The notes: generated from the sequence alone by a model not told the origin. 63,761 bases of DNA, filler included, from Rhabdomonas costata (GCA_019059605.1; 57 parts of 57 records of this genome joined end to end with filler, not necessarily neighbours in it); one strand, 5' to 3'; counted from the whole stretch's first letter, positions 12,185 through 25,340 are shown. Numbers and translations: made by a program.

Positions 12185-13899
12185 ATGTATCACTTTGGCA
12201 GGGGGTTTATACCCACAACCTTTCNNNNNNNNNNNNNNNNNNNNNNNNNNNNNNNNNNNNNNNNNNNNTTAATTAATTAANNNNNNNNNNNNNNNNNNNN
12301 NNNNNNNNNNNNNNNNNNNNNNNNGGTGGTTGGGGCGAACAACGGCGAGTGGAGCAAAAAGTGTGGACTCTGTGGCAATGCTTTGTGTGTTAAACTTTGT
12401 GATATTATCTTTCGTGCCTTCAATGAAAAAGCATCGAAAAGTGGGCACTTTCTCTCACTGTATTTTCTTGCCTCAATTCTTGCCGATGTGCGTCAGCAGT
12501 CTTTGTTCTCATTCTCATGATCTACGGTATTTGTGCAGGCAAAGTCGCAAACTCAGCGATGCGTACCACCGCAATATAACCACCGCAATTTTTTTTTATA
12601 GAAAATGCAATCGTGATCATTACAAACCGAAAGCGATTGGCGATTAGCGCTGAGTATGCCATTGTCACGCACTCGTCAGAATGGTGTTGCTTATCTTTCG
12701 GTCAGGTTGCAGATTGCAATGGAAACCAAAAACAAGCTTTCGCCTTTTTGGCCTGATGTGTTGTGGTGATTGATCTTTTTGTTCACAGGGTGATTGCAAT
12801 CGAGCACAACGCGGTGCACGTCTTTGATAGCGACACCTCGCGGGCTCCTAACAAGTCCTTTTCCGCTGCGGATTGCACTCTGCGATACCTGGGCCAGATT
12901 CAGCGCAAGAAATTCGGGGTATGATTTTGGGTATTGGCAGTAATGAGGCACTGGAGTGGTTGGGTTGGCTGTGCCCCATCAATGAATAAAGAGATTAGGG
13001 CCGACAGCTCAGAGCCTATTGTGGGACATTATAACACCCTGCGCATACGACTTGAAAAACCGAATTTCGACGAAATTCTCTGCTCATTAATTTGTAGAAC
13101 TTATTCCACCTTCCGGATTGTGAGCTTTGTCGTACGCAAAAAGGAGCGCGTGGGTGACTTGAGACTGGGGATTTTGATGGGGTTGAAGTTTCTCGAAATC
13201 CAAATAAAATCATATAAAAAAAGGCAGTTATTCTTATGTGTGTGTGCGCGTGCGGAAAGCCAGCGGAAAATGAGGAGAAGAGAGAACAAGGAGCCAGCCG
13301 ATGAGGTCATTCTCGAGAAGCGGTGCTGGGCGAGCACACAAAACANNNNNNNNNNNNNNNNNNNNNNNNNNNNNNNNNNNNNNNNNNNNTTAATTAATTA
13401 ANNNNNNNNNNNNNNNNNNNNNNNNNNNNNNNNNNNNNNNNNNNNTTGTGGTGGCCGACAAGTGGGTTGCGAGTGTAAGGTTCTTTCCTGTACGCCGTCA
13501 GCGGTGCTGCCTGTGGTAACATTCTTTTGACACGAGAATATGCTTCATTGGAAAGAAGGGTTAATATGAACGCTTTTTCGCCTATAAGGTGGTGCAGGAT
13601 ATATACTGTGCCCCCCCCCCCGTTCAAAAAAAAAGCAAAATTATCATCGGGTCCTCACCAGTTTCCAGCGCGGATTCGCTTCATTCCCTTTAAATAGAAT
13701 TGCTGCCGCAAGGTGAATGTTTCATCGTGATATGTAAGCGCTGTGTTGCCGGTGTCGTTAACGCTGCGCGTGCATATTTCAGTTTGTTTCAGGACAAGAA
13801 CGCCAGGAATGAAACACGCAGACAAGTGAGCAGGTAAAATTTTGAACGCAAAGCGATTCCCTGTTCTAACAAACCTTGGTATTACCCTGCCGTCTGCCG

Positions 13900-14060
13900 T
13901 CTATCTCTTCCGTGGAGCACAACCTGGAATTACCTTCCACTCTCTCCGCCGCGGGGGCGCGGCCACCCTCGTATCTCTAGGAATCTCCCCTCCTGCCCTG
14001 CAATATTGGGGCCGCTGGCGCTCCGTCGGCACCGCCTCCACCTACTTTGAACAACAACTC
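13900..14060 (+). mobile_element. C-terminal tyrosine-recombinase fragment of a YR retroelement (DIRS/Ngaro/VIPER/TATE type)
   Basis: FHSLRRGGAA (HxxR, His at 13938), WGRWRS, and catalytic Tyr at 14043; the N-terminal half is absent. Confidence 0.75.
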
Positions 14061-14888
14061 CCGACCTCCCTCCACTTCTCCCTCCCCAACCTCGATACCG
14101 GAACTACCTGCTACCTCCTCACAATCAGGGAGCGTCCTCTAACTACAATTCCCAAACAAGAGACAGACAAGAACACCAATTCCCAAACGTTGAACGCAAA
14201 ACGCAAAACGTGGCACCATGAGCCTAAGCGGCTCCCGTACCACGATATTGTCGGGGTGCCACACTCAAGCTTAGTACATCAGCTTTAATATATACCGACT
14301 GAGTTGCATAAACGGGGTGGAAGAAATACCAGCATCGCGGAGTTCCATCGCAACACGGAGACTATTTTCCAATGCAATCAAACACCAGCAACGACAGCGC
14401 GGTACAATGCACAGGATTGAACGTCAGGCGCAAGGGCTGGGCAGCACACCACTCGCCAACACCCCCNNNNNNNNNNNNNNNNNNNNNNNNNNNNNNNNNN
14501 NNNNNNNNNNTTAATTAATTAANNNNNNNNNNNNNNNNNNNNNNNNNNNNNNNNNNNNNNNNNNNNGTGTGTGGGGCTAAGCTCGTTTTCACCTGTATAA
14601 AACTCACAAAAACCGTGTTGTCGTTCTCATTGTTTGACATCCTCAACCTTATTGCACCATCTGGGACTGAAATGAGAGGAAATAACACGTCACTTTCAGT
14701 TGCACACCTCTTGACAACCGCAATACAGCAACTGGCAGCTCCACCTGTGAGTGGTTCCCCAACTTCACTGTTGCTGTAATTACTCCGAAGGAAGATATTT
14801 CTGCTTTATTCGTCAACACACTCTGCTCCCTCACCTATTCATCGTATTTCTTTCCTTCTCCGCTTTTGCTTTGCTTTCTCTGCGCACC

Positions 14889-15587
14889 GCTCCTCCATTT
14901 GTGGTCCTTTGCCTTGGATATGTCCCTTCTGGTCGTAGGTCAGCAGCACGAGCGGTTCTGTCCAGGAGCCACGCTTGCTGGACTGCGGCGGGACGGAAGT
15001 GCCGTGCGATGCCCGGAGGGAGCTGTGCGAGTCGTCCACGGAGGAGGAGGAGGAGGAGGACGCCAGGGGCACTGCAGCTTCTTCCGGTGGTGACGCGGGC
15101 GCTGGAGTTCTTGGCGACTGTGTGGTGGTGGATGAGGTGTGGCTTTTTTTGGAGGCTCATGCATGCGGCCTAAAGCTACCATCCGCTTTTTGTGGAAGGG
15201 AGTGGGCAAATAACTTTTTCTCGTGCCATGCACCAGGCATCATATTTATTGTTTGAGAGCTGAATTGCTGCACAAGATCAGGACTACCCCAGTCATGGCA
15301 CTTTCCCAGCAAATACCAAAACGATCAATTGTACTTTTGCGGCGCATTCGAACAGTTGCTTCTCCCCGGGCTCCCGAACCGTCATCCCCCAAGGGAGAAG
15401 GCAACCAGTCCAGGTATCGCAGAGGGGGGCGGGGGTACCAAATATGGGTGCGATTGGGGACTTAATTCACGCCGCACACCCTTCTCCTACAGCTCCTCCA
15501 TTTGTGGTCCTTTGCCTTGGATATGTCCCTTCTGGTCGTAGGTCAGCAGCACGAGCGGTTCTGTCCAGGAGCCACGCTTGCTGGACT
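14889..15587 (+). repeat. 96-bp exact direct repeat (14889-14984 and 15492-15587)
   Basis: Identical sequence; the second copy runs to the contig end. Confidence 0.9.
14939..15136 (+). CDS. Acidic low-complexity exon, hypothetical; its acceptor and 5' part are duplicated 603 bp downstream
   Basis: Acceptor ggtcgtAG and donor GAG|gtgtgg; 198 nt in phase 0; poly-Glu run. Confidence 0.5.
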
Positions 15588-15709
15588 NNNNNNNNNNNNN
15601 NNNNNNNNNNNNNNNNNNNNNNNNNNNNNNNTTAATTAATTAANNNNNNNNNNNNNNNNNNNNNNNNNNNNNNNNNNNNNNNNNNNNTTGTTTGGGGTAG
15701 GCCCTGCAC

Positions 15710-16099
15710 CCCGTTCAGCGCGTCCTGCCCAGACCGCCACGAGATGATCCACATCGCCACCGCCGGGCCTACCGCAAACAGGCACGGCACCACCACAAAC
15801 ACCACCCTCAGCGGGAGGCTGGTGGCCCGGCGGCGAGCGGGCTTGGGGTCGTCCGGCAAGGATTCTGCAGACATGGCGCTTCGGTGGGTGGTGGGGCGAC
15901 CGGAAGACGGTGTTCGTTGTGAGGGCGGCGCAGGGCATGTGAGGTAGGTGCTGGAGAGATGGACGTGGTAGTTAGACGCTCGGGGGCACGTTGGGGACGC
16001 AGAGCTGGGGGACTGCTGTTCAGCGGGTTGTGCAGCAAGCGGAAGGACAAGGGTGGGGTTCAGGACAGAGCTGCTGCCGTATTCTGTGAGGGTGGCCAT
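15710..16099 (-). CDS. Probable first exon of a membrane-anchored receptor-like protein (possibly receptor adenylate-cyclase type)
   Basis: Disordered N-terminus then SLPLRVVFVVVPCLFAVGPAVAMWIISWRSGQDAL; donor GGG|gtgcag. Confidence 0.5.
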
Positions 16100-17020
16100 G
16101 CCTGGGAAAGCTATGGTCCACTTCAAAATGGTAAAAGGCACGACTCGTACGGACAACCGAGCCAAGGGGTTGACATGAAAAGGTTTCACACGCAGAAAAT
16201 GCAGATACGACTGGCGCAGAAAAAGAAAAGTTCTGCTGCCACAGCGTGGGAGAACGGCACGGAGAAGAGATAGCCGGATGCCGCGGACTGCCTTGCATCA
16301 CCACGAAGCCACATGTGAGAAAACCGAATTTGAATGATGCCAGAAAAATACCAAAATTTATGAAGCATTAGCAGCCGAAAACAAAGCAGCTCAACCCATC
16401 CATCAGGCAAGGACCCTGATGACCTTGTGCAGTCAGCAGTCGGTGAGGGGTGCATCTCTGGCATACTTTGAAGCACATGAAAACGTTCATCAGTTGCACC
16501 CCACTTTGCCCATACCCGTTGCTAACATGAGTAGCAGTCTACTGCGTTACATCATATATTATAACGATGCTGTATATCCCAGAATAGCAGACAGAAAAGA
16601 CGACCGAGCACAAAATTGGGACTAAACACTCCAAATTCGGACCGACATTCATTCGAAATGCGACAGACGCCACAACGGATGCACGGGCTCGACGGGGGCC
16701 ACACAAACNNNNNNNNNNNNNNNNNNNNNNNNNNNNNNNNNNNNNNNNNNNNTTAATTAATTAANNNNNNNNNNNNNNNNNNNNNNNNNNNNNNNNNNNN
16801 NNNNNNNNTGTTTGTTGGCATCATCATTTGCTTCTCGGGCTTTAAATTCGTCAGACTATCGTGACTCTTTGGAGCCAAACATTTCACCAGAGAGCCCACA
16901 GGCTCGGAGATAGTTTTGAACGTGCGCTCCACACAGAATCAAAGCCGCCAGTGTCTCATGTGAAGTGGTTTGTTGAGCAGCAGGTATGTTTTTCGTCATG
17001 ACTCCCTGCCTTTTTTCCAG

Positions 17021-17203
17021 GACACTATCATTGGGGCTGCGTTCTCGCGGGACGGCCGGACCTTGGCGACGACCAGCCGAGACAACAGCATGATCCTGTG
17101 GGACGCCGTGACCGGGCGGAGGCTGTTTATCTTTGACCACGACAAGGTCGTGATCTGCTGCGCCTTCTCCCATGACTCCAGACACCTCGTCTCCGGCTGC
17201 CAG
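17021..17203 (+). CDS. WD40-repeat protein exon
   Basis: Acceptor ttttttccAG and donor CAG|gtgcgt; AFSRDGRTLATTSRDNSMILWD..TG..L..FDHDKVVICCAFSHDSRHLVSGCQ. Confidence 0.9.
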
Positions 17204-18101
17204 GTGCGTGCACGAACATCTGCCTTTCAACTCACAGGACCCGGGCAAGGGTAGAGAGATGAGAGAGACGGAGCTCCCCGGAGTGGGCAAAATATGCAGG
17301 AAATATGTGCTTAAGAGAGAAGACGATGCTAAATGGAGTGGACAGGATTCGGGGTGAGGCTCCAGGAAGCCAATTTTGTGTTGTAACCTGAGGGAGTGTG
17401 TTTTGCCCTGTTACCCTGCATCACCCCTCTTATACATCAGAGGGCTTCTTGACGTGTGGAATCTTTGAACCTTCCCAAATTCGGTTTTTGTTTTGGGGAG
17501 CTTCACCGGTACTAAGGCCTTATTTTTTGTCCTCCGTGACGTTTGTGACGTTTGTGACAGGCGCCCGATCATAATCTCGAGGTTGTCGCACAGATGTCTT
17601 CGTGTCACATCCCTATTTCTTTGAACGTGGCGGGACTTGTGTGGCGAATTCCCTTCCGCACACAGTTCTGTGGTGTGAATAACTTCTCGTGCGGGCGATC
17701 GCATTTCAACTAACTCAATGTGGGTGTGGGTGTGGGTGTGCCGCATTGCCACAAACAGAATGCAAAAATAGAAGAAAAAAACACTGACAGTAGGTTCCCC
17801 CACAAACCCCAAACACACCCCAACACCNNNNNNNNNNNNNNNNNNNNNNNNNNNNNNNNNNNNNNNNNNNNTTAATTAATTAANNNNNNNNNNNNNNNNN
17901 NNNNNNNNNNNNNNNNNNNNNNNNNNNGGTGGGGGGTTTGCGTGCATGCTCCCGCTCGAGCCTTACTGTAAATTTGTCCCCCGCATTCGAGGGCGAGTGC
18001 AATACATCACTGCGGAGGGAAGAGCGCGCGCACGCGCATGCACGCAAACAGGCGCGCACACACACACACACACCGGAGTGCAGGATGGGTGGGGTGGCAG
18101 C

Positions 18102-18218
18102 CTTTCCGGCCGTGGCCTCGGCGGCCTCGTAGGTCACCGGGGTACCCCCGATGCGGTCGTATAGGGTGCACAGCAGGACGTAGTACCCCTCGCCAAGCTT
18201 GTCCTTGATGCCCCGAAT
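18102..18218 (-). CDS. OFCC1: Exon of an OFCC1-like protein
   Basis: IRGIKDKLGEGYYVLLCTLYDRIGG resembles the recalled OFCC1 motif LRAVKDKxPxGxYxxxxSLxxRLGG; 117 nt, AG acceptor, GC donor. Confidence 0.6.
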
Positions 18219-19780
18219 CTATGTCGAACAGGTGGGATCAAGAAGAAAGGAGGAAGATCTCCGCCTGGTTGTGAGACGCTCTCAAGCTTCTATCAAACTC
18301 CAGGGGGAGGGGGCTTGTATTCCCCTGCTAGGCTTCTATTCCAATCCCAGGATGCAGGTCACATTGAGCACATTGCAATCCTGCGCAACCTTCTATCGAC
18401 GTGTAGGAGGACGCACCCACTGTCCACTGTGACTCCTCTGCGAATTCATTACTGCAGAGCAACGTTGCGCCGACTTCTGGCAGGGCCCATCAACTCGACT
18501 TCACTAACTGCTCAAAAACTGGGGCTCGGCAGGAAACAAACAACGTACCACTCTTGGGGTGACCAGGATAGGCCGCGCGGCATGGGCCCACTCCGCGTTC
18601 CATTGGTTACCGAAGGTCTAAAATAGAGAAAGCAAAAAAGAGCAGCGAGTGACCCCGGCGGGATACAATTGCCTATCGAAATCCGAGCACTTAGAGTGCA
18701 CGAATGAGCCTGCACCAAACAATATCAACAGCACAAGTGACCGTCGCCATACATACGCACACCATTCGCAAGGTGTTGATGCTGCTGACGCAAGGAAACA
18801 AGGGCGGGTAACCCTTGCAGAAGCGCTTTGACAGGGCAACCACAAAGAACCTTTGCTGGCTTGCTAGTTCCGAAAAGAGAAAAAATAGGGTGATGGGATA
18901 AATGCCAATGGAAACCATCAGTCGGTGAGAAGAGGCACACCACCACACNNNNNNNNNNNNNNNNNNNNNNNNNNNNNNNNNNNNNNNNNNNNTTAATTAA
19001 TTAANNNNNNNNNNNNNNNNNNNNNNNNNNNNNNNNNNNNNNNNNNNNGTCGTAAACCCAAGGTGGCCTGGTTGAGTTGAGAATGGCACGGTTTCCCGCG
19101 GCTATCGTGTTACGTCCGTTCCATCGCGGCAGCGAAGGCAAATTGTGCCTGTTATTACGAACTGCATCCAGACCGGTTTGACGACACTTCAGGTGACGCT
19201 CACCGCTCTTCTTCCTCCCCTTTGCAGATTAACGTGTTCGTGCTGTGCAAGATCTGCAGGTCACAGAATTAGCATAGTTCGGTAAGCGTACTTAATTCGC
19301 TCAGCAAAAGATTGGGTGGAACGAAACGATAGCAGGTCACCGTAAGTGACTGACACAAAAACCAAGGAACCAAGGAATGACCGAGGAGGCAGTAAATACC
19401 TTGCCATAAGTGTCATAAGGATTTCTATAAGGCCCCTCGGAAAGAATGAGGCACCCCACCAAACAGGAAGAAAATAGTTCATCAGCACTTACCAGGCCTC
19501 CAAGGGAGGCCAGAAAACCCTCGAAAAAGTACGCCCATAATAACACGACGGCGTAGCAATATAACACAAAACAAAAGCATCGAAACCTGTCCCTTTATGT
19601 TCCAGATGAGATGGACGAGAGAGAGCAGGTAAATAAACATGGGCTGGAATTTGCCCTTTTCCCGACACAAAAAATACATACACACCTCCCCCTACACCCG
19701 AAAATACAGCTGACTGCTACATTGAGTACAACTGCAAGAAACCGCCAGGTTGGGCACTCATGACCTTAGTGGTCGCAGAC

Positions 19781-19877
19781 CTTAATCACCACCTTGATTG
19801 AGCCCTCCTGCTTGTTGTAGAGTCGTTCGTAGAAGTCTGGGACTTGCTTCAGCGTGATGTTGTCGGTCAAAATGAAG
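19781..19877 (-). CDS. C-terminal exon of a zinc-binding medium-chain (MDR) dehydrogenase
   Basis: FILTDNITLKQVPDFYERLYNKQEGSIKVVIK fits the MDR C-terminal pattern ITHxxxLxxxxxAY...GxIKVV; AG and GT boundaries. Not in the ORF track. Confidence 0.7.
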
Positions 19878-20328
19878 CTGAGGATGCCGAGCAAGAGCAA
19901 TCACAGCAATCAACACGCACAGGAATGAATAAACACAGAAACACCGCCCGTTCCCAACTTGGGCTCTGGGGCATCCTTTCGGAACAGACATGCATCACTT
20001 TCAGAAATGGTGAAGTGTTTACTCTTCTGCCGAAGGGGTTGTGAAGGACACTGCTGCCAATTGCCGAAANNNNNNNNNNNNNNNNNNNNNNNNNNNNNNN
20101 NNNNNNNNNNNNNTTAATTAATTAANNNNNNNNNNNNNNNNNNNNNNNNNNNNNNNNNNNNNNNNNNNNGTTGTTTTGCTGTTATTTACTGCGTGTAATC
20201 ATTTTTCCTCCACCCATCCGCTTTTGTTCCGCGGGAAAGTGGCGGTCGCCCTCAGGGGTCGCCCCCTGTTACTGTTGTGTTTTCCTCTTCTGACGTGTGC
20301 CTGCCGAGAAGCCCACCCCCGAAGGATA

Positions 20329-20622
20329 ATGGCAGGCTGTGCCTGCGCCTGCGCCGAAGGCCTCCCGTTCGCGGACGTGGTCGCGCTGCAGCCGTCGCCC
20401 GGAGACCCCAATTCCCCCGCTACGCTGGAACCAGCGCCTCGCCCACTCTTTAGCTGCCCAGTTCCGGGTTGCCCCGGCGGCAAGAAAGGGTGGCGCTCCC
20501 TGCAGTCAGCGGTGACGCACTTGGAGAAGGTGCACCTGGAGGAGGGGAATTTCGGGCATCGCCAATTTGCAAAGTTCAACAATACACGAACGGCAGTGAA
20601 ATACACGAAAACCGAAAACTGA
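20329..20622 (+). CDS. Short ORF with one C2H2-like zinc finger, possibly a non-LTR retrotransposon N-terminus
   Basis: FSCPVPGCPGGKKGWRSLQSAVTHLEKVH; coding-like composition stops right after the finger. Confidence 0.45.
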   Translation: MAGCACACAEGLPFADVVALQPSPGDPNSPATLEPAPRPLFSCPVPGCPGGKKGWRSLQSAVTHLEKVHLEEGNFGHRQFAKFNNTRTAVKYTKTEN

Positions 20623-21407
20623 CGTCTCCCCTCCATGCTAAATGCAGGAGTGTAATACCACACACAGAAAATATAGGCCGCCACATGGCAGAAAAACCTA
20701 AACTGCACACGCCACGGGAGCCCATAATGCAATACGAGATGAACCGTATTCGCATACTCCGTGTCCCGGGTCCATCCAGACACAGCGTTCCAACAAGAGT
20801 CCGCTATTTTTTGTTTTTCTTTGGGGGGACGAGGGGGCAAAAATCTCAGGACTGCGCTCCATGGAAGTGAAACAAGCAATGGACAGACGACGGCATAATC
20901 CACAACAGCGTGCTCATGCCGAGTTCACTCGATCCGCAACCACCTCAAAGAAATAATGAGGCGGAGGCCCTGCCGCTCTTCTTGTACACGATAAGTTAGT
21001 CAGACACAGGCAAAGAACGTAGAACATAGAACAAGGGGCTACATAAGCGCTAACACGACAAGAAACAAAACAAACCGCCAAAAAAATGAAAACGGGCAAA
21101 CGGCGCAGAGCTTCCACGGACTGCTCCGTGAGATGGTGAAACCACGTCGCCACAGAATCAACAAGAAGAGCATCACCGCAAAGAACCACCNNNNNNNNNN
21201 NNNNNNNNNNNNNNNNNNNNNNNNNNNNNNNNNNTTAATTAATTAANNNNNNNNNNNNNNNNNNNNNNNNNNNNNNNNNNNNNNNNNNNNTTTTGGTTGT
21301 TATGATCAACGGAATCTCCTTGCGACATCGACCGTTTGTTCACGTACACAGCAGGACGGTTCTGCAGCAGGCATGTAGTCGGATGGGCCTTTTCCTTCTT
21401 CCCAAAG

Positions 21408-21568
21408 ATTTACGTCGCCCTGCTGGCCGCGGTGTTGGCCCATCTGGTTGACCGGGAGTACCTCACTGTGTACTGCAGCCTGGTGCTCGTGGTGGGGCCC
21501 GCGCTGCACTCCGCCGTGGCGGGCCGGCTGCTGCACGCCGCTAGCCGGGATTTGGTTCGCCACCTGAG
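21408..21568 (+). CDS. Exon of a multi-pass membrane protein
   Basis: Acceptor ttccttcttcccaaAG and donor AG|gtacgg; two hydrophobic helices. Confidence 0.6.
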
Positions 21569-24170
21569 GTACGGCGGGTCCGGGAGGGCGTTCTGCTTAG
21601 CTTTGATGTCCCGCGGCGTCTCGGCGGCCACTCCGGCAGCACCGGACTACAGTGCTGCGGGTGTGTGCTTTTTTGGAGGGGACGGTTTCTGTTTGCCTTT
21701 GTATGCTGCTTTCACCCGCACTCTTTCGGTTGCTATGGTTCGCTTCTTTGCGGTCTTCTTTGCAGTAGTTGAACTGGAACTGTTTGTTTTCGCATGGGCC
21801 CAGGTACCTTCCATGCGGAGACATGTGGAGAAGGGGGGCGGGGACGAGGTGATGTTGCCCTCACTAAGGCTCGAAGTTTATATGTGTCCGATGATTTAGT
21901 AACTTTTTATTATACCTAGCTGGAGAAGTCTTTGTATACCTCTGAGAGGCGCCCCGGATATCTCCTGTTTCGGTTCTTTCAATTATCTCGCTGGTAATAG
22001 TGAATGTGCGCCACCACTGATTCTCATTGGTATCCAGGCGCTAACTCAACTCAACTTGATATCACGCGTTTTTTCCCTTGACGAGCTCGTTTCCACGTTT
22101 ACACATATCCACTGCTCCTCCGTTGTCATGTATAGCTTTCAAGAAATGCGTTGTTAGGATTGGTGACCGATGGAGATCCCAGCCCTGAGGCGGGCTGCCC
22201 TGCTGTGGGATCCAGCTGTGATGTCAGCAGTGGGACTGGCGGGGGCGGCGCCTCCCCTTGTGGAAGACGGAGTAAGGCTGCTGCGGGATCCGGGCTTTCG
22301 GCACGGCCGGTNNNNNNNNNNNNNNNNNNNNNNNNNNNNNNNNNNNNNNNNNNNNTTAATTAATTAANNNNNNNNNNNNNNNNNNNNNNNNNNNNNNNNN
22401 NNNNNNNNNNNGGGTGTACAATTTGCCTCCTCCCCCCCCAAAGAACCCCAGGGGTGCGGTCACTTAACATAGTAATCTACCAGTTGGCAAATGACATCAT
22501 TTCTGATATGTTTTTCTCACACAATTGGCACTGAACGCCACTGTTAACCATCGCAAATCCAAATGCCATGCGAACGTGTGAGACGTTGATCGCATTGTGA
22601 TGAATCAGTGTCAAAATCCTTCCAACGGACGGGAAAAAGACTTGGCGTCTGCGCTAATGGCCAGAGTTGAAAAAAGCGATTGTTCACCGTGCAATGGTCA
22701 TCTCGTCGCAGAAAAACCGTGACGCGCAATGAATCAGAAAAAGGCTGGAAGAGGAAGATGTTTGTTGTTGTTTTGGTTCAAATTTAAAACTGGAATCCTC
22801 GTTTTTTTTGTTGGGCAGTTGTAATGAAGTAGGGACACGGGAGTGCTTGGGAACATGAAGAGTGGGCAAAGAGGCCTTTTCGATTTCTTTTGGGGTTGCT
22901 TTTCCAGATCATTCGAGAACACCAGCGATGATTCCCCACTTCGCCGAGTCAGTCGCCGCTGGCTCGAGCGCCTTCCTTTTGTGCGCTCGCTGCTAATTAC
23001 TTTTGCGACTGATTTCGTGATGGCGCGTTTGTCACCGTTCAGCTGTTAATATCACGTTCTCCCACTGCTTCTCAGCGGTGGGAGGGCGCTTTCTCTGCCA
23101 GAGCGAAGCGAATGCTTTTTGCATGTGTTGTTGAGTGCTGGCAGTGGTCCTTGAATGAGCAGCTCGAGCGAAGGACACTGCTGCGATGGTAGTGTGTATT
23201 GAGGGTAGCACCTGACTGGGTGACTTGAGAGAAGTAAGATAGGGGAAGATAGCTCTGGGGATATTGCTTCTGCAAGCTCTTTTGCATATTGCTCAAAAGG
23301 GGGCACACATCGGACAGATGTTGGATGAGCAGCAAACGTGCTTTTGACATTCGGAGGTGTAAACTTGTGACACAGATCAAATCGAACTTGCAGAAGCAAT
23401 ATCCCCAGAGCTATCTTCCCCCACCAACCCACNNNNNNNNNNNNNNNNNNNNNNNNNNNNNNNNNNNNNNNNNNNNTTAATTAATTAANNNNNNNNNNNN
23501 NNNNNNNNNNNNNNNNNNNNNNNNNNNNNNNNGGTTGTTTTGTGCCGGTTCTTGCAGGATTGGAGCCAAGCTTCCAAAACCCGAACCCTGAACCCTTTTA
23601 CTTTTTCAGAGGGGAAGAAAAATTGAGCGTTTTGGGCGTTTGACTCAGGAATGCAACATGTTCGGTAGGCAAGGCCACCTTTTACTCAGGTTTGGAAGTC
23701 AACGGTTATATTGGTTTGGCTGTGAAACGAGGAGTTTTTTCATTTCGTTTCGCTGGGGATTAGTTCTGGTCTTCACAACTTACTCCCACACAACTCTGCA
23801 CTCTGCACGACATTCATCCCTGACGAAGGAGACAAGCAACATTTGGGGAGCGCACTGAAGGCAAAAAGGGGCATAAAACAGAGGCTCTCGCTTCCCACTC
23901 CATCTGCCGTGGAGGCACTTGCATCACCCTCTAACACCCATCAAGACCAGGTAACGAGCAGACAAACGATAGAAAACCAAGAAAGGAGAAACTTGTGTTG
24001 CGGCCGCGCAAAGCCAGTTTGGTGGTGCAATGCCCGCAACCTGTAACCCATATTTTGAACCAGTGCGCCTCTGATTACCCACCAGCCCATAAATAAGCTT
24101 AGGGTTCTTCCCACAGCGCCCTTGTGACCAGAGGGGGGAGGTTCGTGCGGAGTGCTGTGCGCGGCCTTGC

Positions 24171-24273
24171 CTGGAGCTCTCCGAAGCCTTTCTCGAAGGA
24201 TCCATAGAAGAGGTTCAGCACCGCTTCGTGGTACGCCGCGAAGGGGTCCCCTGTCTCTTGCAGCACATACATC
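24171..24273 (-). CDS. Exon, hypothetical helical protein
   Basis: Acceptor gtacAG and donor CAG|gcaagg; MYVLQETGDPFAAYHEAVLNLFYGSFEKGFGELQ. Confidence 0.55.
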
Positions 24274-24801
24274 CTGTACATGTCGCGAAGGGAGGGGGGG
24301 GGGGAGGCGAGGGCGGCGAGCCATCCTTGCTGTTGGCAAGTTGCAGCTGAAAAGGGTTACTGATAACAACCGCAAACTAACGGTGAAATAATCGCCGCAC
24401 ACGCACACACTTACACACAGCCAAACTCCAGTATATATACGCGTGCAACACGCGCATCGGCCCTTGATCCCCTGAAAACCTTTTATCGCATCGCCCATGT
24501 TGCTTGGGGGGAGGGGTTTCAGCAACCCACCACCCAAACACTAAAAAACCACCNNNNNNNNNNNNNNNNNNNNNNNNNNNNNNNNNNNNNNNNNNNNTTA
24601 ATTAATTAANNNNNNNNNNNNNNNNNNNNNNNNNNNNNNNNNNNNNNNNNNNNTACAATCGATCCGGTTGCGAATCAGAACCCCACTCCCCAGAGTAGCA
24701 TGGGCCAAAATCACATTGCAAGAACCTCGATAATTGATGGTGATCCAGTAGGCGTACAGCTTCGCGCAGGCTGTGCGGCATACAAATCCATCCGCATGCC
24801 A

Positions 24802-24835
<34 letters not shown>

Positions 24836-25178
24836 CATCCCTGCCCCCAGAGTGTGACGTCCGCGGGGATTAGCCCGGATTCGTCTGCGTCAGCTCGATT
24901 GAGTGGTATGCCCTGTCACCGAGTCTTGCTCTCCTCCTCGGTGCCACATTTACTGGTGATGTGGTGATGTGATGGGTGAAACGTGGCGCCCTCCGAAACA
25001 GCATGCAAAAACGAGGGACGACCCTCAGCAAAAATTCCGTTGACGGGCTGGTAAAGCAAGAACATCAGTATAAAATCCACAGTGGGGAAAAGATCAGAGC
25101 AGCATAAAGCAATGGCGAAAGAATGGCGGAAAGCAACGTGATGTGGAAATGCAAGACCCAACGAACTCCCGCCCACAC

Positions 25179-25260
25179 CATAGGGAGAGCGGGGGTAGAA
25201 AGGGGTGGTCTCCTTCTGCGGGATCTCCATCACCTGTCCAAACAGCTCCGAAGTCGAGGC
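25179..25260 (-). CDS. GMDS: GDP-mannose 4,6-dehydratase exon
   Basis: [28 protein letters not shown] is the GMD signature; acceptor ccttcAG and donor G|gtgtgg. Confidence 0.95.
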
Positions 25261-25278
25261 CTGAAGGCCACATCAGAA

Positions 25279-25340
25279 GACAGAGAGAGAGACAGAGAGA
25301 GAGACAGAGAGAGAGACAGAGAGCGAGAGAGAGAGAGAGA
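25279..25340 (+). repeat. GA/GACA compound microsatellite in the GMDS intron
   Basis: Seen directly; it is a pyrimidine tract on the coding strand upstream of the acceptor. Confidence 0.9.
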
